From NCBI GenBank assembly GCA_963783385.1, contig CAWANJ010000003.1, forward strand, positions 1 through 64,000: a stretch of 64,000 nucleotides of DNA, in the 5' to 3' direction. Below are positions 62,195 to 64,000 of this stretch, in pieces. Source of the stretch: an uncultured Gemmatimonadales bacterium (GTDB lineage: Bacteria > Gemmatimonadota > Gemmatimonadetes > Palauibacterales > Palauibacteraceae). Each line of letters opens with the position of its first letter. Position 1 is the first letter of the stretch. Made by a program: the position numbers and the translations under genes. A model generated the notes under the pieces. The model was not told where the DNA came from and did not search any database. It saw only the letters and a program-made list of their open reading frames with translations.

Positions 62195-63324
62195 GCGGCT
62201 TCCTTCCGGGCCGCCCGCGTCCCGAACACCGCCGGACGCGTGACCTGGTCGATGAAGGGGACGAGGGCGTTCATGAACAGGATCGAGTACATGACCCCCT
62301 CGGCCAAACCTCCCCACAGCCGGATGACCACGGTGATGAGGCCGATGCCGATCCCGAAGATCCAGGAGCCCATGTTGGTCACCGGCGAGGTGACCATGTC
62401 CGTGGCCATGTACACGGCGCCGAGCATCAGCCCGCCGGAGAGCAGCATGAAGGGTGCGCCGGGCAGGGACGGGCTCAGGGCGTGCAGCAAGGCCGAGAAC
62501 GCGGCGACGGCCGCGAAGATGGCGACCGGTATCCGCCAGTTGAGGTAGTTCTTCCAGGCCAGGTACGCTCCGCACACCAGGATGAGGATCCCGGCCGTCT
62601 CGCCCAGCGAGCCGCCCGTGTTACCGATGGCCAGCTTGAGGAGGTCGGTGCCCTGGTGCTCGAACTTCATGAGCCCGAGCGGCGTGGCCATGGTCACGAC
62701 GTCCACCTTGCCGGGCGAGAGGAGCGGAAGCGCCAGGTTCGAGGCGTACACGTTCGTCCAGCGCTCCGCCAGCGCCGGCCACGTGGTGAGCGCGGTGGGG
62801 AAGGCCGCCTGCAGGAAGGCGCGACCCAGGAGGGCGGGGTTGAAGATGTTCTGCCCCAGCCCGCCGAAGATCAGCTTGCCGAACCCGATCGCGAACGCGG
62901 CGCCCAGGAAGGCCATCCACAGGGGAATGCCAGCCGGCAGGGTGAGTCCCAGGAGCAGGCCCGTGATGACGGCCGATCCGTCGCCCAGGGAGCCGCGCTC
63001 GCCCAGGGTCCGCTCCACCAGGAGCGCGCCCAGGGTCGCGGACGCCAACACCAGGAGGGCGCTGAGGCCGAAGAACCAGGTCGAGACGCCGATGATCGGC
63101 ACCAGGGTGGCGACCACGGTCCACATGATCCGCGGGGTCGAGTCCGGCGAGTGGATGTGGGGCGATGGAGCCAGGTGAAGGCGGGGCGTCTCCGCGTCCG
63201 TCCCTTCCGTCGCGGGACCGCCCGCGCCGGCGCCGTCCGCCGGGCCGCCGCCGGCCGTCTCCCGTGGCCGCTCCGGCTCGCCCCGCAGCCGCTCCCGATC
63301 GCCGCCCGTCCGATCCGCGCTCAT
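62191..63324 (-). CDS. rnfD: Rnf electron transport complex subunit D
   Basis: SPHIH, DGSAVITGLLLGL, FGGLGQNIFNPAL, TMATPL, GSLGET, MATDMVTSP, EGVMYSIL. Confidence 0.93.
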   Translation of the reverse strand: MSADRTGGDRERLRGEPERPRETAGGGPADGAGAGGPATEGTDAETPRLHLAPSPHIHSPDSTPRIMWTVVATLVPIIGVSTWFFGLSALLVLASATLGALLVERTLGERGSLGDGSAVITGLLLGLTLPAGIPLWMAFLGAAFAIGFGKLIFGGLGQNIFNPALLGRAFLQAAFPTALTTWPALAERWTNVYASNLALPLLSPGKVDVVTMATPLGLMKFEHQGTDLLKLAIGNTGGSLGETAGILILVCGAYLAWKNYLNWRIPVAIFAAVAAFSALLHALSPSLPGAPFMLLSGGLMLGAVYMATDMVTSPVTNMGSWIFGIGIGLITVVIRLWGGLAEGVMYSILFMNALVPFIDQVTRPAVFGTRAARKEAA

Positions 63325-64000
63325 GGTTCCGCCCGCTCCCGTTCCCGACCCGTCAAGCGGCCGCGCCAGCCGCGGACGGCTCCTCTTCCTTGCGTCGACG
63401 CTCGACCTTCCGCGTCATCGACTTGGCGAGGCCGAACATTCTGGCTGAGCGGGATGTGGGAGGGACACACGTAGGAGCAGGAGCCGCACAGCATGCAGTC
63501 CGAGAGGTGCATCTCGAGCATCTCGTCGTAGCGACCCGCCCGGGCCAGACGGCCCAGGTCGGCGGGATCCAGGAAGACGGGGCACGCCTCCAGGCAGCGC
63601 CCGCAGCGAATGCACGCCAGCTCGCGCTCGCGCGCGATCGCCTCGCCGGTGAGCACCACGATGCCGGTGGTGCCCTTGAGGACGGGGGCGCCGGGCTCCG
63701 GCTGCGCGTTGCCCATCATCGGCCCACCGAACACGATGCGCTCCGCGTCCGGCGTCATGCCGCCGCAGAACTCCAGTACGTCGGCGATGCGGGTCCCCAC
63801 CGGTACGATGAGGTTGGCGGGGCGCCGGATGCCGGGACCGGTCACGGTCACGATGCGCTCGATCAGCGGGTATCCCGTCTCGAACACCTCCGCGATGGCG
63901 GCGATCGAGCCCACGTTCTGCACCACGGCTCCGACGTGCATCGGGAGCTTTCCGGACGGCACCCGCCGCCCCAGGAGGCTCTCGAGCATCATCTTCTCGG
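63321..64000 (-). CDS. rnfC: Rnf electron transport complex subunit C, 3' part (continues beyond the window)
   Basis: VQNVG, RIVTVTG, GGPMMG, KGTTG; two 4Fe-4S motifs CIRCGRCLEACP and CMLCGSCSYVCPS. Confidence 0.93.
   Translation of the reverse strand, partial: EKMMLESLLGRRVPSGKLPMHVGAVVQNVGSIAAIAEVFETGYPLIERIVTVTGPGIRRPANLIVPVGTRIADVLEFCGGMTPDAERIVFGGPMMGNAQPEPGAPVLKGTTGIVVLTGEAIARERELACIRCGRCLEACPVFLDPADLGRLARAGRYDEMLEMHLSDCMLCGSCSYVCPSHIPLSQNVRPRQVDDAEGRASTQGRGAVRGWRGRLTGRERERAEP

Overview
Very GC-rich (roughly 70% or more by eye) bacterial chromosomal segment. The gene content (kinase/BTAD-TolB-TPR proteins, DUF2911, VPS10/BNR glycosyl hydrolase, CocE/NonD, M28 peptidase) suggests Gemmatimonadota; this is an inference. 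Many genes are split by single-base frameshifts, most simply explained as uncorrected long-read indels, so coordinates of split genes are reconstructed and approximate. In order: Crp/Fnr regulator with an FNR-type box upstream of FmdE and TauE genes; glycerol dehydrogenase; AmpG-like MFS; MsrB; ABC exporter; peptidases; PLP decarboxylase; signalling proteins; IorB-like molybdoenzyme; aminotransferase plus a divergent transketolase-like gene; fluoride riboswitch upstream of a dynamin-like GTPase; mddA; mntR/mntH; uppP; an ars cluster (arsR, arsM, metallophosphoesterase, acr3); and the 3' part of an rnf operon. The main unexplained signal is a family of five paralogous proteins of about 540-590 aa: four in a tightly overlapping tandem array at 48.4-55.0 kb and one at 28.8-30.5 kb. 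They carry the recognisable ATP-grasp motifs in circularly permuted order, with local resemblance to tubulin-tyrosine-ligase-like enzymes, behind a shared Arg/Trp-rich N-terminal domain. They fall into two subtypes, and two copies share an identical 108-bp tract. No rRNA, tRNA, CRISPR array or IS element was recognised.
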